A DNA stretch of 64,000 nucleotides from Candidatus Omnitrophota bacterium. Its GTDB lineage: Bacteria > Omnitrophota > Gorgyraeia > Gygaellales > Profunditerraquicolaceae. Made by a program: the position numbers and the translations under genes. The notes under the pieces were generated by a model. That model made no database searches. It saw only the letters and a program-made list of their open reading frames with translations, and had not been told where the DNA came from. Of this stretch, positions 60,484 to 64,000 are shown piece by piece; the first letter of the stretch is position 1; each line of letters opens with the position of its first letter. The DNA lies in the NCBI GenBank assembly GCA_018812825.1, contig JAHJCJ010000069.1:3825-67824 (forward strand), given 5' to 3'.

Positions 60484-61409
60484 ATCTTTTCAATTATGGC
60501 CTGCGCCAAAAGCGGAAGCATTATCTCATGATGACCAATAATGTAATACCCCCGGCCTCCTGAATTTGTCGGACGATTTACCACGTTCTGCGCAGGGCGG
60601 TACTGATAAATCATATCAAAATTAGCAGTAGTAAAATCCTTAACCTTATTCCCAAGGTTACGCGCTAAATTAAGCGCTTTTAAAAATACTTCGGGTAAAA
60701 GCACCGCCGAACCAAAATTTAAGACCACTCCCCCCTGATTTAACGAACAGATATTCTCGGTAAGAGTATGAAAATCACGTAATGAACCTTCGGCGGTTGA
60801 GCAGGCATCAAATGAAGGATGCTGGTGAATTATATCCGTACCAATTCCCACAAAAACACACACCGGAACTTTATATTTATAAGCATTATAAAGTAGGCTT
60901 AAGTTCTTATATGCTAACTCCCCTTCGGAAATCTTTTTGGCCACCGCGCTTCCTAAACCTAAACCTTCGGCTACCCCCTCCTTAACCGCCTGATTAATAA
61001 AATCCGCAGTTTCTTTACCCATGCCAAAACTACCGTTTTTAAGGTTTGCCGCAACATCTTCGGAGGTCTTGCCCTGAAAAGCAATCTCAAAATCATGGAT
61101 GATCCCGGCGCCATTAAGGCAGATACAGCGGATCACTTTTTTCTTGATTAACTCAATCAACACCGGGTTGAGTCCGCACTTAATTACATGCGCGCCAGCC
61201 ATAAAAATTACTGCCTTATTTTTCTTACGGGCTAAGGCAATATCCGAAGCAACCGCGCGTAAGTCTTTAGCCTTTAAGATATCCGGCAAGGAGCTTAAGA
61301 AACCACGAAAGCTCTTAAGCTTAGCCGGGGCAAGCGCGAAATCCCCTTTATTCACCTTGCTCAGCCGCGTTTTAATAGAATACCTTTTTACCTTATTTAG
61401 ATTAATCAT
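60480..61409 (-). CDS. Uncharacterised protein, tentatively deoxyhypusine-synthase-like (DHS-like NAD-binding fold)
   Basis: 309 aa. Gly-rich loops and a C-terminal GHHE segment loosely resemble the DHS family. Assignment is from memory and weak. Confidence 0.3.
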   Translation of the reverse strand: MINLNKVKRYSIKTRLSKVNKGDFALAPAKLKSFRGFLSSLPDILKAKDLRAVASDIALARKKNKAVIFMAGAHVIKCGLNPVLIELIKKKVIRCICLNGAGIIHDFEIAFQGKTSEDVAANLKNGSFGMGKETADFINQAVKEGVAEGLGLGSAVAKKISEGELAYKNLSLLYNAYKYKVPVCVFVGIGTDIIHQHPSFDACSTAEGSLRDFHTLTENICSLNQGGVVLNFGSAVLLPEVFLKALNLARNLGNKVKDFTTANFDMIYQYRPAQNVVNRPTNSGGRGYYIIGHHEIMLPLLAQAIIEKI

Positions 61410-61581
61410 TACAGAGATCCTTCGCTTCGCTCAGGACATTAAGCCCTTGATCTTTAATGCCAAAGGCTTAATAATTTTATCACAATTAAAGATTAATTCA
61501 AGCACCTTATAGTCTTTATCTAGCGCAGTCCCTGTGAGCGTAAGCGAACAGGGACAAACCTAGTCATCAACGTTATAAAAT

Positions 61582-63603
61582 CTATTTAATTTTCAAAATT
61601 GATTCAGCGGCTGAGAGCACATCCTCAACACTGATTGCCCTAAGACAGGCAAACTCTTTCTTACAATTATGCGCCAGGCATTGAACGCAACCTACGTCTT
61701 TATGCAGGTATTTATCCTGCCTGCCTAACGGCCCCCAGCGCCGCGGGCTAAGCCCAGGTTGATTACGCCCGAAAATAGAAATAACCGGAATGCCTAAGCT
61801 TGAAGCAATATGCACTGGCCCGGAATCATTAGAGATAAATAAAACACATCTCTTAAGAATACTAGCCAACTGGTTTACTGAGGTCTTGCCAGATAAATTT
61901 ATTGCTTTATCGCCTATTTTATGGGCAATCATGTTTGCAAGGGGGATATCTTTAGGTCCGCTTACAACTAGAATCTTAAAATTATGCCGTCTGGCTAATA
62001 TTTCGCTCGCCTGTGCAAAATTACTTGCCGGCCAGATTTTTGAAGGACAGCTTGCCCCTGGATTAATCGCTAATAACTTATCCGTTTCTTTAATGCTGTG
62101 GCTGGCGAATAAGTCCTTAACCCACTGTTCTGATTCCGGTCTTGTAGGCATAAATAGCTCCTGCGCATTGCCGTTTACGCCTAAATCACAAAGTAAATCC
62201 AAGTTATATTCCGCCTCATGCTTGAGACCTTCTTGCTTTGTATGTGCCTTTACAAGATTATTCAAGAAACCAAACTTACGGTTATAACCTAAGCGCCTGG
62301 GGATACCCGCCAAAAAAATTAGCAGGTGCACACGGTTAGTAGGATGTAAAATTACCGCTAAATCAAATTTCCTCTTTTTTAGCCTGCTGGCAAATTTAAG
62401 GCTACGCATCCAACTCTTATGTTTAATATCTTTATCATAAATTATAACCTCATCCAAATATGGGTTGCCTTCCACTATGTCCCGGGCATAAGGAGAAACC
62501 ATCATAGAGATATAAGCCTGGGGATACTTCTGCCTTAAGGCCTTAATTACCGGAGTAGATAACAATACGTCTCCTATGCGGTCAGTGCGCACGATAAGAA
62601 TGCGCCGATAGATATTTTGACAGGTATCCTGGACGCTCTCATTTTCTTTGCCTGTAAGTAAATAACTTATTTGGCCAAGCACGTCATCAACCTTCAGGCA
62701 AGATAAGCATGTAAGGCTAGAGAAACGGCATAAGGCCTTTTCGCACGGCCGGCAAAATATATCTTTTTTAATAACTATTTTTTCTTGTGACCACGGCCCG
62801 TATTTATTTTCATCCGTCGGCCCAAATATAGCACCAACCGGCACATTCAAATAACTGGCTAAATGCATTACCGCACTATCATTAGTAATTAAAAGTCTGG
62901 ATTTTCTTAACAAAGCAGCCAATTGGCTAATTGAAGTTTTAGCGCAAAGATTAAGTATCTTTTCCGAAGTTGCCTGACAAATATATGTACATATAGGCTC
63001 ATCGGTTTTATCTCCTACCAAAACTACATCCCAGTTTTCTTTGATAAGCCGGTTGCAAAGCTGGCTAAAATTCTGTTTATCCCAACGCTTAATCTGGCTT
63101 CTTGCTCCGGGAGCAATCACTATTATTTTAGCGCTATCAGATAACTTTTTTTGGTTTAAAATACCTTCAATATATATTACATCTTCGGTCATAATAACTA
63201 ACGATTGCTGTTTTTTGCTCCGTAAAGGATAGTCGGCAAAACAGGCCCAAAACAAATGTTTGTCTTTCATATGCTTGAACTTACCGGGTATAAAACGTAA
63301 CGCTGAACTTCTTTTTTTAGCAGGCAGGAAAGCCCCAAATAAGCTGTTGCGTAAATCAACGACTATATCAAACTCTTCTTTGCCTAAAGAAAAAAACAAT
63401 TTTATCTTATCTATTAACTTAGCATGTTTATCAAAAACGATTATCTTTTCTACTGCAGGATTATTAATAAATATCTCTTTAGGCCGTTCAGGCACAAGGC
63501 AGCTAATCCTGGCTTGCGGGTATTCATTACACAATGCGTCTAAAACCGGAAGAGTCAAAATACAGTCGCCTATATTGCTTAAGGTTATAAAAAGTATCTT
63601 CAT
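61582..63603 (-). CDS. Tandem-fused glycosyltransferase family 9 (two heptosyltransferase-like modules in one polypeptide)
   Basis: 673 aa. Two successive GT9 N-terminal signatures (ILFITLSNIGDCILTLPVLDAL at residue 1; ILIVRTDRIGDVLLSTPVIKAL at about residue 335), each followed by a GT-B C-terminal half. Confidence 0.75.
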   Translation of the reverse strand: MKILFITLSNIGDCILTLPVLDALCNEYPQARISCLVPERPKEIFINNPAVEKIIVFDKHAKLIDKIKLFFSLGKEEFDIVVDLRNSLFGAFLPAKKRSSALRFIPGKFKHMKDKHLFWACFADYPLRSKKQQSLVIMTEDVIYIEGILNQKKLSDSAKIIVIAPGARSQIKRWDKQNFSQLCNRLIKENWDVVLVGDKTDEPICTYICQATSEKILNLCAKTSISQLAALLRKSRLLITNDSAVMHLASYLNVPVGAIFGPTDENKYGPWSQEKIVIKKDIFCRPCEKALCRFSSLTCLSCLKVDDVLGQISYLLTGKENESVQDTCQNIYRRILIVRTDRIGDVLLSTPVIKALRQKYPQAYISMMVSPYARDIVEGNPYLDEVIIYDKDIKHKSWMRSLKFASRLKKRKFDLAVILHPTNRVHLLIFLAGIPRRLGYNRKFGFLNNLVKAHTKQEGLKHEAEYNLDLLCDLGVNGNAQELFMPTRPESEQWVKDLFASHSIKETDKLLAINPGASCPSKIWPASNFAQASEILARRHNFKILVVSGPKDIPLANMIAHKIGDKAINLSGKTSVNQLASILKRCVLFISNDSGPVHIASSLGIPVISIFGRNQPGLSPRRWGPLGRQDKYLHKDVGCVQCLAHNCKKEFACLRAISVEDVLSAAESILKIK

Positions 63604-64000
63604 AATTTCCTGGTTTTCCTGACTTCTACCAAAACATCATCAGGAACAACTGCTTTCATGCAACGATTATCCTGACAATTTACTTTATAACATGGAATCA
63701 GGCAACCAGTATCTTTCTGTAAAATAACCACATTGGTATCCGGATACGGCCCGGTAATTTCTTTGGCTGTCGGGCCAAAGATTGCTATTATCTTTTTAGC
63801 TCCCACGGCATTGGCAATATGCATTGGCCCGGTATCCGCGGTAATAAACAGATCCGCCCTCCTGGCTAGCGCGCCTAAATGTTTTATATTAAAAACTCCG
63901 CAGGCAACTAAAGGCTTCTCTTTCATTCTTTCTTTTATCTGATTAGCCAACGGTAGATCAGAGATACTGCCGGTAATAATTACCTTTGCGCTCATTGCAC
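63600..64000 (-). CDS. GT9 heptosyltransferase, C-terminal half only (gene continues beyond the window end)
   Basis: A GT9 C-terminal region (ADLFITADTGPMHIANAVGAKKIIAIFGPT) reaches the window edge. The Met at 63995 is unlikely to be the true start, given a typical GT9 length of about 340 aa. Confidence 0.6.
   Translation of the reverse strand, partial: AMSAKVIITGSISDLPLANQIKERMKEKPLVACGVFNIKHLGALARRADLFITADTGPMHIANAVGAKKIIAIFGPTAKEITGPYPDTNVVILQKDTGCLIPCYKVNCQDNRCMKAVVPDDVLVEVRKTRKL

Overview
The window is a 64 kb bacterial segment of roughly 45% GC in which essentially every real gene lies on the minus strand. The gene content points to an anaerobic diderm with a Wood-Ljungdahl-type C1 metabolism, probably from a poorly characterised lineage; I cannot identify the lineage from sequence alone. 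Gene order is given below in minus-strand transcription order, from the high-coordinate end to the low one.

- **LPS core block (about 64000 down to 54800):** a partial GT9 heptosyltransferase, a fused double-GT9 heptosyltransferase, a deoxyhypusine-synthase-like (DHS-like) protein, the heptose kinase domain of hldE, kdsB, kdsA, kdsD, kdsC, an LptA-like protein and lptB.
- **Proteostasis, serine and purine genes (about 54600 down to 45900):** a trigger factor lacking its PPIase domain, clpP, a class-V aminotransferase (SerC-like), serA, a secreted two-domain unknown protein, a LeuA/NifV-family synthase and purA.
- **Envelope and glycogen genes (about 45800 down to 42000):** an OmpA-like lipoprotein, a small membrane coiled-coil protein, a DUF4912 protein and a GH57 branching-type enzyme.
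- **Housekeeping array (about 42000 down to 26400):** uppS-cdsA-dxr-rseP-ispG, then proS sandwiched between two paralogous orphan CpaF/TadA-type secretion ATPases, then rimP-nusA-infB, trpS, scpA and ruvB.
- **Queuosine and translation genes (about 26400 down to 19200):** queH, a GHL10 hydrolase, queA, a low-GC HEPN/Abi-like gene flanked by inverted repeats and inserted between queA and tgt, then tgt, trmD, rplS, rnhB and yraN.
- **C1 supercluster (about 19200 down to 1):** fchA-folD-metF, a 132-aa unknown, moeA-mobA, a three-gene NAD(P)H-linked formate dehydrogenase (NuoE-like, a NuoF-GltD fusion and a Cys-type FdhA), moaA-moaB, a half-size ChrA-family transporter, moaC and a MOSC-domain protein. 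A 640-bp AT-rich spacer follows, then fhs-cooC-cooS and a partial cooF running off the window edge.

Non-coding signals: a roughly 90-nt structured leader is shared by rplS and purA and carries compensatory base changes; two roughly 150-bp imperfect inverted repeats flank the HEPN island; a large nested AT palindrome lies between lptB and tig; and there are candidate intrinsic terminators.

No rRNA, tRNA or CRISPR array was found. All functional calls rest on motif and family recognition from the translations; no database search could be run.
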